64,000 nt of DNA, from positions 736,001 to 800,000 of the forward strand of contig OY970166.1 of NCBI GenBank assembly GCA_963706595.1, read 5' to 3'. The position numbers and the translations under genes were made by a program. The notes under the pieces are model-generated. The model was not told where the DNA came from. It saw only the letters and a program-made list of their open reading frames with translations, and did not search any database. The DNA comes from an uncultured cyanobacterium (lineage in GTDB: Bacteria; Cyanobacteriota; Cyanobacteriia; Cyanobacteriales; Nostocaceae). Below are positions 50,927 to 61,948 of the stretch, piece by piece (within the stretch, counting starts at the first letter, position 1; the number at the start of each line of letters is the position of its first letter).

Positions 50927-51652
50927 ATGCTAACCCTCAACCACCATCACCCACCAATTAACATCCATCCTCACACCCTCCTACACATTGAAAACCTACA
51001 TAAAAGCTTCATCCTCCATCAACAAGGAGGAGTACGCTTACCAGTCCTCAAAAAAATTTCCCTCACCTTAAATCCTGGAGAATGCGTAGCCCTATCAGGT
51101 GCATCTGGTTCCGGTAAATCTACATTTATGCGCTGTATATACGGCAACTATCGTGCTGATAGCGGCTCAGTGTGGGTCAAACATGAAGGACATTGGCTCG
51201 ACTTATGTCAACTTCTGCCCCATGAACTTTTAGCCGTGAGGCAAAAAACCATTGGATATGTCAGCCAGTTTTTACGAGTAATTCCCAGAGTACCAGCCCT
51301 AGAAGTTGCCGCAGAACTGTTGTTGGACTTAGGCGAAGATCCAAAAGTTGCTTTGGTCAAAGTTCAAGACTTATTTCATCGACTGCAACTACCAGAACGC
51401 TTGTGGCATCTTTCCCCCACAACCTTTTCTGGCGGCGAAAAACAACGAGTAAATTTAGCTCGCGCCCTTGTAGTTAACTTCCCAATTTTGCTACTAGATG
51501 AACCCACCTCAGCCCTAGATGCAACCAATCGCCAAGTAGTGATGGAAATTCTAGAAGAACGTAAAAGTATGGGCTGTGCCTTAATTGGCATTTTTCATGA
51601 TCAAGAAGTGCGATCGCGACTGTGTAACCGGGAGTTAACCTGCAATGAATGA
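50927..51652 (+). CDS. phnL: PhnL ATP-binding protein
   Basis: KSFILHQQGG, GYVSQFLRVIPR, FSGGEKQR and GIFHD. Confidence 0.96.
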   Translation: MLTLNHHHPPINIHPHTLLHIENLHKSFILHQQGGVRLPVLKKISLTLNPGECVALSGASGSGKSTFMRCIYGNYRADSGSVWVKHEGHWLDLCQLLPHELLAVRQKTIGYVSQFLRVIPRVPALEVAAELLLDLGEDPKVALVKVQDLFHRLQLPERLWHLSPTTFSGGEKQRVNLARALVVNFPILLLDEPTSALDATNRQVVMEILEERKSMGCALIGIFHDQEVRSRLCNRELTCNE

Positions 51653-52781
51653 GCAAATATATACCAACTATCGTCTCCAACTTCCAGATCAAGAAATCCT
51701 CGGTACTCTTTTAGTTCGAGATGGAATTATTGTCGATATTCAACCAGGGGTAGTTAATAGTGGACAGAATGGCCAAGGAGACTATCTCCTACCAGGATTG
51801 ATTGAACTCCATACAGACAATTTAGAACGCTGTATGTCTCCCCGTCCAGGAATTCGGTGGCCTTTAGAAGCAGCAGCCGTTTATCATGACCGAGACTTAG
51901 CCAGTGCTGGAGTCACAACAGTATGTGATGCGATCGCTATTGGCGATATAGCTGCCAGTTCCCCCCGTTTAACTAACTTTGCTCCCATGATTGATGTCAT
52001 CTGTCAGGGACAAGCAACAGGACGCTTTTCTGTCGAACATCGAATACACCTGCGCTGTGAACTAGCTTATGAAGAGGTTTATCAAATTACCGAAAATTAT
52101 GCCAATAATTCCCTCTTGTCAATGATTTCCCTGATGGATCATACCCCTGGACAAAGACAGTTTATCAATCTAGATAAGTTCAAAGAATATTACATGGGCA
52201 AACATGGAGTGACAGCCACAGAAATTGAAAACCTCATCATAACTCGGCAACAAAAACAACAAATGTATGGACAAAAAAACCGGAAAGCTTTAGTAGAATT
52301 GGCTCAAGCTCAAGGTATTTCTTTAGCTAGTCATGATGATGCTACCGTTGATCATGTGCAGGAAGCTGTACAAAATGGAGTAGTGTTAGCGGAATTTCCC
52401 ACCACCATAGAAGCAGCAAAATCCGCCCATAGTTCAGGTTTACAAGTTTTGATGGGTGCGCCTAATTTAGTCTTGGGTGGTTCCCACTCTGGAAATGTTT
52501 CGGCACTGGAATTAGTTTTGTTAGATTTAGTAGATGTGATTTCCTCTGATTATGTTCCGCAAAGTTTGTTGCAATCTATTTTTATCATTGCCCACAAAAC
52601 TGGGAAACCTATTTATGAAGCCATGAGATTATTTACCAGTAATCCAGCCAAATCTATTGATTTATTTCATAATCGTGGCAGTCTAGAAATTGGTAAACGG
52701 GCTGATTTTATCACTGTTCATGATGATGGCATTGTACCGTGTTTAATTTCCACTATCTGTCGAGGTCGTCGTGTTAGCTGA
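51645..52781 (+). CDS. phnM: Alpha-D-ribose 1-methylphosphonate 5-triphosphate diphosphatase
   Basis: LPGLIELHTDNLE, MDHTPGQRQF, ASHDD, GGSHSGNV and SSDY. Confidence 0.96.
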   Translation: MNEQIYTNYRLQLPDQEILGTLLVRDGIIVDIQPGVVNSGQNGQGDYLLPGLIELHTDNLERCMSPRPGIRWPLEAAAVYHDRDLASAGVTTVCDAIAIGDIAASSPRLTNFAPMIDVICQGQATGRFSVEHRIHLRCELAYEEVYQITENYANNSLLSMISLMDHTPGQRQFINLDKFKEYYMGKHGVTATEIENLIITRQQKQQMYGQKNRKALVELAQAQGISLASHDDATVDHVQEAVQNGVVLAEFPTTIEAAKSAHSSGLQVLMGAPNLVLGGSHSGNVSALELVLLDLVDVISSDYVPQSLLQSIFIIAHKTGKPIYEAMRLFTSNPAKSIDLFHNRGSLEIGKRADFITVHDDGIVPCLISTICRGRRVS

Positions 52782-52822
52782 TGCCGAGTTCTAGTAATTG
52801 TATTTAAATTGTGAGGTAAAAC

Positions 52823-53434
52823 ATGGATTCAATTACAGTGTTACCAAATACCACGATTGAAAATCGAGGATTAGTATCTGAAAAATTTCTCAATCACGGA
52901 ATTAGTAACTTTCACCAAGCTTGCAACTGGGTAAAAAACCTCCCCTATGGATTTAACTCCAATACCGAAAACTCTTTAATTATTTTTGCCGAAAATTGTG
53001 GAACTTGCACGACAAAACACGGCATAATAGCTAGATTAGCTGAAGAGTTAGGATTAGACATATATAAAACTCTAGGTTTTTATCGACTGAATGACGAAAT
53101 CATCACTGGTGTTAACAAAATCATTCAGCCCTATGGTCTAGATTTTATTCCTCAAGTACACTGCTTTTTAGCATATCAAAATTTCAGAGTAGATTTAACA
53201 GCAGGAAATTGCAACGGTAAAAATAAACCAATAGAGAAATATGATTTTTTTGTAAAAATAAATCCAGATTTAACAATCGAGCAAAGCGAGAAATATTATA
53301 TAGAACACTTAGAAAAATATTATTTAATTGAGCCAAAACTTCAAGAAATTGGTTTTTTTCAAATATTACGAATTCTAGAAGAATGTGATCGACAATTAAA
53401 ATATCAATGCTCATTAATGTTTGAGAGTGCTTAA
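52823..53434 (+). CDS. Hypothetical protein, possible transglutaminase-like Cys-His-Asp fold
   Basis: VKNLPYG, GTCTTKH, PQVHCFL and RVDLT; GAGG RBS upstream. Confidence 0.65.
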   Translation: MDSITVLPNTTIENRGLVSEKFLNHGISNFHQACNWVKNLPYGFNSNTENSLIIFAENCGTCTTKHGIIARLAEELGLDIYKTLGFYRLNDEIITGVNKIIQPYGLDFIPQVHCFLAYQNFRVDLTAGNCNGKNKPIEKYDFFVKINPDLTIEQSEKYYIEHLEKYYLIEPKLQEIGFFQILRILEECDRQLKYQCSLMFESA

Positions 53435-53570
53435 TTCCTCTGAAACGCTATACTTTCGCGTAAAGTTTTTTTCAGGAGAAGGATACAAATTATATTAGAC
53501 TACTAGTGCCGCAGGGCGGAAGTCAAAAATAAAAAATTTATTTACGTCGTACTGTACTAATTAGTTAAAA

Positions 53571-54194
53571 ATGAAAGTTGGTGTTGCCCTAATTCCTAGC
53601 CCTGATACTATCGAATTAATTATAGAATTACAACAAAAAATCATAACTATCTGCCCGCTTTATCCAAATTGGGGCAAGACATTTAATCTTCCTCATCTTA
53701 CACTTTTACAAGGAAGATTTGATAATTCTATTAACTGGCTAAACTTAATTCTCAATTTGCAAGATTACTGGCAAAAGCAACAATATTTGCAAAAACATCA
53801 ATTAATTAAATTAGAATATCAATCACCAGGATGGTATTTTTTAATACCTCACCAGCAACTTATATTTTTGGAATTACATAATTTTGTATTTTCAGCTTTA
53901 AAAAACAATCTCATCGTTAGTGAAGAAGATTTAAAGAAAGATATTTCATTATATGATAATTTAGAAAACAATAATTATATCAAGTACGGCTATCGATATA
54001 TTGGCAATGCCTTTTATCCCCATATTACTTTAGGACAAACTATAGATAAATCTAGAGATCCTAACCAAGATGATTGGATACATCTAGTAGAGTCATTTAC
54101 AACCAAACATATCATCAAACTTGAAAGAATAACTATTTATCAAGTTGGTGAACACGGAAGTCATGCTCAAATTTTATACTCTGTAAATATTTAG
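53571..54194 (+). CDS. 2H phosphoesterase-family protein
   Basis: Two HxT motifs: PHLTL and PHITL. Confidence 0.82.
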   Translation: MKVGVALIPSPDTIELIIELQQKIITICPLYPNWGKTFNLPHLTLLQGRFDNSINWLNLILNLQDYWQKQQYLQKHQLIKLEYQSPGWYFLIPHQQLIFLELHNFVFSALKNNLIVSEEDLKKDISLYDNLENNNYIKYGYRYIGNAFYPHITLGQTIDKSRDPNQDDWIHLVESFTTKHIIKLERITIYQVGEHGSHAQILYSVNI

Positions 54195-54216
54195 ATACAA
54201 GATTATTTTAATAATC

Positions 54217-54582
54217 TATAGGAATCCGATTTGATTATTGAAAAAATCTAAGTATATGTAGGGTGTGTTATGGCTTTAGCCTAACGCACCGTCTTCCAGG
54301 TCTTGGTGCGTTACACTTCGTGATAACACACACTACTGGACTGACAAGCTTAAAATAGTGCATTAGATAAAAGCAGAAAACATTGATTTATCTCAATTTT
54401 GTCAAAAATCTATTGCAACATTTTAGCCTTGTCACCCCACTACTAGCGTGGCAAGCTTAAAATAGTGCATTAGGAAAAAGCCGAAAACATTGATTTATCT
54501 GAATTTTCTCAAAAATCTATTGCAACATTTTAGCCTTGCCACGCTACTACGTGTATTTCATAAATCAAATATGAATCCTATA
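54217..54582. mobile_element. Nested MITE/REP composite with an internal tandem ~105-bp duplication
   Basis: Outer IR TATAGGAATCCGATTTGA...TCAAATATGAATCCTATA; REP-like GTAGGGTGTGTTA...TAACACACACTAC; two copies of CAAGCTTAAAATAGTGCATTAG...TTTTAGCCTTG. Confidence 0.75.
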
Positions 54583-55111
54583 CAAATATTTTGCATATCA
54601 AGTTTAATGAGAATCTCAGTATTTTAGAGGTACTGGGATTTTGGGCTTTTTAAGTTTCAGGATATATGTCAATTTAGTTATTACTTAAAACAAAATTTTT
54701 AAACTTCCGTTAATCATTCATTAATGAACATTTTACCAAGTTCTAGTATTGTGTAAGTGAGATTAAAATTAAATACTCGTAAATGTTACTAAACTTGTTT
54801 AGTAGTACGTTTAGAAAAAAATATCTGAGCAGCTAATAACAAACTAGAAGACATAAACTACAAGTATCGAATGTTCAAAAAACTTATCCAGGTAGATGTA
54901 TGTGAAATCAGAATAATATTTACTACTTGCATTTGCCTTAAAACTTGAGCATAGGAGTATTGGGCTTTATTTATAGATGCCAAAACTCCAAAAATCAAGT
55001 ATCTAAAAACAAATAGATTTTGTAATCTTCAACAGTTCAGTATTCGTTGGTTAAGCTTTGAAAAAACCTCTGGAACTGATGTCACTTAAATATATTAAGG
55101 AGCCAAAATTA

Positions 55112-55183
55112 ATGGTTGTATCTCGTCGTACACCACTGCTTTTAGGTCTAGCAGTTGTGCTAATAGGAGCTATAAGTTCATGC
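55112..55183 (+). pseudogene. Lipoprotein signal-peptide remnant cut by ISAs1
   Basis: AAGGAG RBS, then MVVSRRTPLLLGLAVVLIGAISSC ending exactly at the IS end. Confidence 0.55.
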
Positions 55184-55995
55184 AGGGTTAGCGCATCTCA
55201 AACCCTATTGACAGTCGGATTCTAGGAGAGGATTGAATTTGGGAGAGATGCGGCCAAAACAGAAAGCATATACTGATCATTCATAGCGGCTCGCCGTGAC
55301 TTTTGGCGAATACTGCGGCGGAAAGATGATTCTCGCTCTAAAGCATTAAGAGCAATGCGACGTAGCAAAGAAAAATTCTGTGGACTGTGCAGAGAACGAA
55401 TTCGACATTCATCCTCATTGAAAGTGACATCTAATGTCCAATGAACAGAATTTTCAATCCCCCAATGCTGTCGAATTGCACTACCAATTTTTTGGGCATC
55501 ACTGGTAAGACTAGTAATGTAAAATTGCACCTCCTGGGTAGTTTTATTCCAATGCTGAATCGAACGCACTACCATCACAACTGTTGTGAGTCCTGTCCAC
55601 AAATCTTGTTCATAAAGAGCAGGAAGTTGTGACACTGGTACGGTGTAAATCTGACGCTTCTCGATGCGGTGATGTCCTTTTTCGATCCGTTGATTCCTAC
55701 TCACATCAACATCTTTAAATCCATTGGATTGGGCTGTTTCAAACCAAGCTTTAACTTGCTGGTGCAGTGTAGGATGATTATCTTTCAGGCTCAGAATATA
55801 ATCCGCATCAGCCGCAATAATTTTCTGGGCAATCGATTTTTGAGTCCCCATCGCATCAATAGTAATGATGCAGCCAGAGATGTCTAGCATTTCTAACAGT
55901 GCTGGAATTGCGGTGATTTCATTAGATTTATCACTGACTTTTGTTTGTCCCAAGACCAAACGGTGTTCACTTGACCATGCACTGACTGTGTGTAA
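55183..55995 (-). mobile_element. ISAs1-family element, 3' part (transposase remnant 55222-55995)
   Basis: KSNEITAIP, ITIDAMGTQ and HWGIENSVHWTLDVTFNED; end CAGGGTTAGCGCATC at 55183; 5' half absent. Confidence 0.9.
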
Positions 55996-57588
55996 CCCAC
56001 ATTCCGCACCCTCGACTGTCACACATCAAGAAAAGAGCCTCCAAGTAGTACATGGGAACTAAAGCAAATTAAAAGTAAAGGGGCTTAATCAGAATTAGTC
56101 TTACAAAACCAAACAACTGCCAATTAGCAAAGCTTTCAGGTAAAAACGAGGATTGCAGGCGGAATATGAAAATCTAGAAAAAGTTTAGAAAAATTAATTG
56201 TTAACCAAAATAGAAATGAGAAAATTACTACAGAATTCATGGAGAATCCTGTAGTGATGTTGAATCTAAAAGAAATCCAAATCCAAAATATAGAAAAGTT
56301 TAGGCATAGTAGCAGGAATGGTAGATGCCATTGGATTGGTAGAAATAATTAATGATTTAATAGGTGAAGAAAAAGGAGAAAAGGTCAGCCCTGGTCATGC
56401 TGTCAAAGCCATGATTTTAAATGGCTTAGGATTTGTATCTCAACCATTATATATGTTTCCCAAATTTTTTGAAACAATACCTTGTGAACATTTGATAGGA
56501 GCAGGAGTAAAACCAGAGTACCTAAACGATGATAAATTGGGTAGAGTCATGGATAAACTCTTCATTAAAGGACTAGATACAATATTTTTGAAATCAGCAT
56601 CTGGAAATCAAGTAGATTCATCATGCTTTGGACAGATAGCGGTTGATTATCAAAAACAAATAGAAGTTGATAGCCTAATAGTTGCAGACTGCGCTTTATA
56701 TACAGAATCAAATATCAAATTAATGTCTGACTTAAAGTGGCTCTCTAGAGTACCTTTAAGTATAAAAATAGCACAATCATTGGTATCGACTTTAGCAGAT
56801 TCGGAATTTGTCGAAAGTGAATTATCAGGATATTCATTTAAAGAAAATCAAATAACTTACGGAAACATAGAGCAAAGATGGTTGGTCGTGCAGAGCCAAG
56901 TGAGAAAAGAATCAGACCTGCGTAAGCTGTCACAAAAAATTATCAAGGCTGAAGAAAAAGCTGTTAAGGAATTGAAAAAGTTATCACAAGATAAATTTGC
57001 TTGTGAGGCTGATGCTATCAAGGCGTTATCAAAAATATCAAAACAATTTAAATATCACCAAATTGAGGAGAGTAACGTCAGTGAAATCACATCAAATAAA
57101 CAAGACAACCAACCAGAGAAATTCTACCAAATCTTCGGGACGGTATCCAGGAATGAAAATCAAATTAACAAGGAAGTACAGAGTGCAGGTAGATTTGTAA
57201 TTGCCACGAATATTTTAGAGTCTACTATACTCAGTAACGACTCAATGTTAAAAGAATATAAAGCACAGCAATCATGTGAACGGGGATTTGGGGGCTAATT
57301 GATGTAACAGTTAGTTGTCAATTAATATGTTTAAAATCTAGGTTTGTCGCTTGTATATATTAGTAAAATTGCGAATTTAGAGGTTTAGCATAGATATTTA
57401 TCTATCAAATTATCATAAATTTAGTTCTCATTTTTATTGCTCCTTATTGACAATACATTCTGATGCTATTTTGTCAGATTAATGACTGGTCAAAATCTTT
57501 TCTCCCTACAAATGTCTGATTTTATTTTTTATTTACATTTTTCTTTCAGTAATTACCGATTGTGACAGTTGAAGGTGCGGAATGTGGG
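55996..57588 (+). mobile_element. IS1634-family element with internally deleted transposase (56318-57298)
   Basis: 28-bp TIRs with 2 mismatches; KAMILNGLG, LNDDKLGRVMD, GRFVIATN and YKAQQSCERGF. The ORF is short for the family and ends abruptly after ERGF. Confidence 0.88.
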
Positions 57589-57652
57589 TTACACACTATT
57601 TAATGCAATTATTGGAGTTGGATATTAAAAATATGAGGCGATCGCCACATAA

Positions 57653-57804
57653 CCCGAATTTGTGAATACAATTCTCAAACCCTTGTAAAATCTAGATTCC
57701 GGTTCTTCAGACTGCATCGAACAATAACCTGTCAAAAATCCCCAAAATATCTCCTGGGTAAAGATTCTGGGTAATTCCAACTCTGTAGTTGTAAGAAATG
57801 CGGG
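57653..57804. mobile_element. ~150-bp MITE related to the element at 280-1675
   Basis: Ends CCCGAATTT...AAATGCGGG with ATAA on both sides; its reverse complement aligns with 280-412 plus 1647-1675. Confidence 0.7.
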
Positions 57805-57912
57805 ATAACACATAAATAAATCGCTTATGGTTCGCCTACGATTTCAACTGTTCAACAAGAAATATCTCAAATATTCTGTCGCCCAGCCACAAGTTCAAAA
57901 ATTGCCGAGGCT

Positions 57913-58428
57913 TTATCTCACTATAGGTTCAGCCTTTTCAACTGAATTATCATTCACGCCCAAAGTCAATTCCAAAGGTGTTCGAGACGGGTATGCTTTC
58001 ACCACCTGTCGGTAAACTTCATAGTTGGTGGGTAGTGTTCTTTGTTGCTCACCCTCTTTATAGGTCAGTTGATAATTGACATCTTTCAATAATTCAGGTT
58101 TACCTACCTCTTCTTGAGGTTTTTTGCGTTGTTCTACTTCATCGACACTTGGTTTTTGTGGCACAGTTGGCCACCACAGACCCAAGTCATCTGGCCCAAC
58201 AACTGCTGCTGATGGTTTTAATCCATTTTGATTTAACACTGAAGCATTTGCAAAAGTTTCAATCCGTGGCTGTGGTGCATTCGTTAAGTTATTGGCATAT
58301 TTTACTTGCCAGGTATAACTGGTAAGCGCTGTAGCTTCATACTCTTCAGTAGTAACGATGCTACAACTGGTAAGTGTGAGCGCTGTTAGTGCAGTTATTA
58401 AAGATGGTAAAAATGTCAGCTTTTGCAT
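57913..58428 (-). CDS. Hypothetical lipoprotein
   Basis: Lipobox LTSC; 171-aa ORF. Confidence 0.8.
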   Translation of the reverse strand: MQKLTFLPSLITALTALTLTSCSIVTTEEYEATALTSYTWQVKYANNLTNAPQPRIETFANASVLNQNGLKPSAAVVGPDDLGLWWPTVPQKPSVDEVEQRKKPQEEVGKPELLKDVNYQLTYKEGEQQRTLPTNYEVYRQVVKAYPSRTPLELTLGVNDNSVEKAEPIVR

Positions 58429-58471
58429 TATTCCTAAATTGTTGATATTTTTTCAAAAATTATTAAGCTAG

Positions 58472-58578
58472 GCGATCTGCTTTGCAGCAGCGCTGAGTGC
58501 AAAGCAAACGCTCCGAGGTAAGCGCAGCTATGCCCGTCAGGGCTTTACGCTATCGCGCAGCGCACCGAAAGGAATCGC
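58472..58578. repeat. Nested HIP1-associated small dispersed repeats
   Basis: GCGATCTGCTTTGCAGCAGCGCT...CGCTATCGC...GAATCGC; same unit as at 62327 and 62379. Confidence 0.65.
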
Positions 58579-58764
58579 AATCAGGGCATTAAACTTTAAT
58601 TTGGATTATTGAAGTGAAGGCTGGTGCTGAAATTTTTTTCCTCGTAAACTAAAGCAGCATTCTCTAAAACATTGGCAGCACACAAATACAATGTGGCTGA
58701 TGGGCTTGTCAATTACCAAAGAAAATACACCCTATCAGGTTGATTTGGCAACCAATTAAATTAT

Positions 58765-59130
58765 TTACCATTCAGTTACGGCAATAACTTTATCAACTTC
58801 TGCTAATTTCTGCTGTAACAGAGAGCGCATTTCTTGGAGTTGTTTACTACTGGCTCTGGTGAGTAAATCTTCAGAAATTCCATTAACTTTTTGAAGTATG
58901 GTTTTTATTTCCTTTAACTCTTGTTTCTGTGACTTCAAATACTTGGTCTTAATTTTTCTAATGAGTTCACGAGTTTCTGCTACTGTGAGATTTTTCTTTA
59001 AGACTTCATCAGTGGCCGCCATCCGTTCAGAGGCTGCTTGATTTTCTGATATGTCTAGTGTCTTAGCAGAGAGAGTTGCCAACGCTAAAGCATGAGCGCC
59101 TTTTAGTCCCTGTTCTCGAATTGCCTGTTT
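58765..59130 (-). pseudogene. C-terminal fragment of a ParB-like partition protein
   Basis: KQAIREQGLKGAHALAL...NLTVAETRELI resembles the post-HTH region of ParB/Spo0J; cut by IS630, and the 5' part is not found on the other side. Confidence 0.6.
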
Positions 59131-60184
59131 TACAGCAATTTTCAGGTAAATAGACCACAGTGGTTGAACCAACCGAAGGCATCATCTTCGGTAATATAAT
59201 TTACAGCTTCATCCATTGCTTGGTCTAGTGATTCCGGGGTACGTGCCTCACAGGACCGAAGAAATTGCTTCAGTTTTGACCAACAAAGTTCGATAGGTGA
59301 TAAATCAGGAGAATAAGGGGGTAAAAACTTGACTTTGGCACCGACGGACTCGATAGCAACTCTGACACGTTCGCCATGATGAACCTTAAGATTATCCATG
59401 ACTACAATTGCCCCTTTCCACAACTGAGGCAGTAAGACCTGGGTAATATAAGTGAGAAATACTTCAGTATTTGTACTCCCTGGTACAGTCATCGATGCAA
59501 TCAGCCCATCGAGGTTCAAAGCACCAATCAAAGAAACATTTCCACCCTTATTTCCAGGAATACTACCAACGGCACGTTCACCATTTACGGCTCTGGCAAA
59601 CAAGCGTGACATTGATAAATTTATTCGGTGCTTCATCGACGAACACTAAATTTTTAACATCAATCTGATCTAACCAACGTCGATAGTCATGTCTTAACTC
59701 TTGCACTCTTGGAGTATCTTGCTCACTGGCATAAAGACTTTTTTTTTACACCGTAAGCCTAATTTTTCGATGGCGCGATGCATTGTCGGAATACTCACCC
59801 TAATTCCTGTTTTTTCTTGATAGCGATGGGCAAAGCCCCGCCGTAGGCGATCGCATAATTCTCTAAGCAACAAATCATTTTTCTCCTCCACCAAAGATTG
59901 GATGATGCTCAATTGCTCGTTTTGAATTGTTGGTTGTTGGTATCCTCCACGTGGTTTGGCCTCAATTTGTCCGTTTTGACGATAATGACGCAACAGATTT
60001 CGCACAAAAGACAAGCTGACCTTAAACCTTTGAGCCAACTGACGTTGAGAGCCTTCCTTTCCTTCCCAAGCTACAATCACACGACGACGCAAATCACCTG
60101 AGTACGATACTGGCATCGAATCTAACAATCACTACTTTCATACCTTACCGCACTTTGTGGTTCAATTACCTGAAAATTGCTGTA
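59131..60184 (-). mobile_element. IS630-family element (orfA 59694-60128, orfB to 59142), degenerate
   Basis: TIRs TACAGCAATTTTCAGGTAA / TTACCTGAAAATTGCTGTA; A-run slippery site near 59740; VMDN and LPPYSPDLSPIE; extra frameshift near 59630. Confidence 0.9.
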
Positions 60185-60538
60185 AATTGCTGTACAGTCT
60201 TGTGGTTATGCCTGCACTGAAAGCAGAGGGTGAGTAGCAGAGGAATTTAGCTGTTGCTGCAAGGCTTTGAAGTATCCATCTCTGTTTTGAATGTACGATG
60301 CTTTGATGTCGGATTTTAAAATACTACATCTGTGATGATCAAGAAAACTACTATGATGATTAGAACACAATTTATAGCAAATTGCTGTAAAGCTCTAAGG
60401 TCATAACTGTGGTTAGAGCGCTTGTGGTTTCGCTCGTAGAAATATTTATTCACATCTTGCACCCGTCGCAATAACCCGCCGGAGGTTGAAAACGAGCTTG
60501 TTTATGATGATTAATCACTCTGATTATTTCCAAATTTC

Positions 60539-61813
60539 ATGATGATAAATAACTGGTTTGATGCAGCTAGGCTAGGAATGTTTATTCATTGGGGACACAG
60601 TTCCCAACAAGGATGTGAGTTATCTTGGCCGTTAGTGGGGGGTGTCTTCAGTCTTCCTTTTTGCCAAGATATTCCAGTTGAAAAATATCACCGCACATCT
60701 GATACTTTTAATCCCCAGGAATACAAACCTCAAGAATGGGCAAATTTAGCAAAAAGTTTAGGGATGCAATATGCCGTATTAACAGCCAAGCATCATGATG
60801 GGTTTGCGCTCTTCCACACCCAGGAATCAGAATTTTCCATTGCATCTGCACCCTATAAAAAAGATATTGTCCGTGAATTTATTGATGCCATGCGCTCTGA
60901 GGGATTGCGTATAGGGCTTTATTTTTCCCTTAGTGACTGGCATCATCCTGACTATCCGGCTTTTACAGAAGCGGATAAACCTTATCGTTTTGACCAACTC
61001 CCTCAACCCACACCGGAACAATGGGAGCGATATATTCAGTTTTTGTTTAATCAGATCAGAGAATTATTGACTAACTATGGTCAGATTGACATTATTTGGT
61101 TTGATGGTAGTTGGGAAAGGACTCCAGAGCAATGGCAAACTGAAGAATTAGCGAAATTGATTCGTGATTTACAACCTAATATTCTGATTAACGATCGCCT
61201 GCCAAATTATGGAGACTTTGCAACTCCTGAGCAATTTATCCCTCCCCAACCTCCTAAGCATCTTTGGGAAACCTGTCTAACTATTAACGAGAGTTGGGGA
61301 TATAACCCTGATGATTGCCAGTTCAAATCCTCTCGTCAATTAATCCATACGTTGTGTGAAGTAGCAGCAAAAGGCGGTAAACTTTTACTGAATATCAGTC
61401 CAATGGGCAATGGCAAAATCCCACATGAGCAGTTGGAGTGTCTGCAAGATATCGCTGAATGGATGTCTAAGAATTCTGAAAGTATCCTCGATACAATCCC
61501 AGGATTAGAACCCTGGCAATTTTATGGCCCTTCAACTCGTAAAGGCGTTCGCGCTTCGCGTGCCGAAGGCGATCGCATTTATCTACACCTGTTAATGAAA
61601 CCTTATGAAAGCATATCGATTAGAGGTGTACCAATTAAACAAATAAAATCGGTGTATCTTCTTGCTGATAGTACACCACTAGATTTTACCAGTCGCTGTG
61701 CAATTATGGATTCTATTCTCAATCCCAATCCTTTGGGAGAATTAACAATTGATGTCCCGGAATCAGTAATTGATCCCTTTGTGACAGTGATTTGTATTGA
61801 TATTGAATCTTGA
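60539..61813 (+). CDS. Alpha-L-fucosidase (GH29)
   Basis: LGMFIHWG, TAKHHDGF, DWHHPDY, IWFDG, INDR and WETC.T..SWGY. Confidence 0.92.
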   Translation: MMINNWFDAARLGMFIHWGHSSQQGCELSWPLVGGVFSLPFCQDIPVEKYHRTSDTFNPQEYKPQEWANLAKSLGMQYAVLTAKHHDGFALFHTQESEFSIASAPYKKDIVREFIDAMRSEGLRIGLYFSLSDWHHPDYPAFTEADKPYRFDQLPQPTPEQWERYIQFLFNQIRELLTNYGQIDIIWFDGSWERTPEQWQTEELAKLIRDLQPNILINDRLPNYGDFATPEQFIPPQPPKHLWETCLTINESWGYNPDDCQFKSSRQLIHTLCEVAAKGGKLLLNISPMGNGKIPHEQLECLQDIAEWMSKNSESILDTIPGLEPWQFYGPSTRKGVRASRAEGDRIYLHLLMKPYESISIRGVPIKQIKSVYLLADSTPLDFTSRCAIMDSILNPNPLGELTIDVPESVIDPFVTVICIDIES

Positions 61814-61948
61814 GCCAAAAATATTTGTGTTGCTGATTGATAATACAATACAGTTCAGTTAAGCATTTCTTCCTTATACTTGAGGATAAAATGTGATGAG
61901 GCGCTGCTTACTTTGTTACTTGCACTCTACCGATAAGAAAAACACAAC

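Noticed and set aside
54340..54550. CRISPR-like repeats
   Set aside because: Only two ~105-bp tandem units with no unique spacers.
57625..58015. Small ORFs 57625-57813 and 57827-58015
   Set aside because: The first lies within a MITE and the second is largely antisense to the lipoprotein gene.
2563..61848. Numerous 60-120-aa ORFs antisense or out of frame within long genes
   Set aside because: Shadow ORFs of well-supported CDSs, with no motifs or RBS support.
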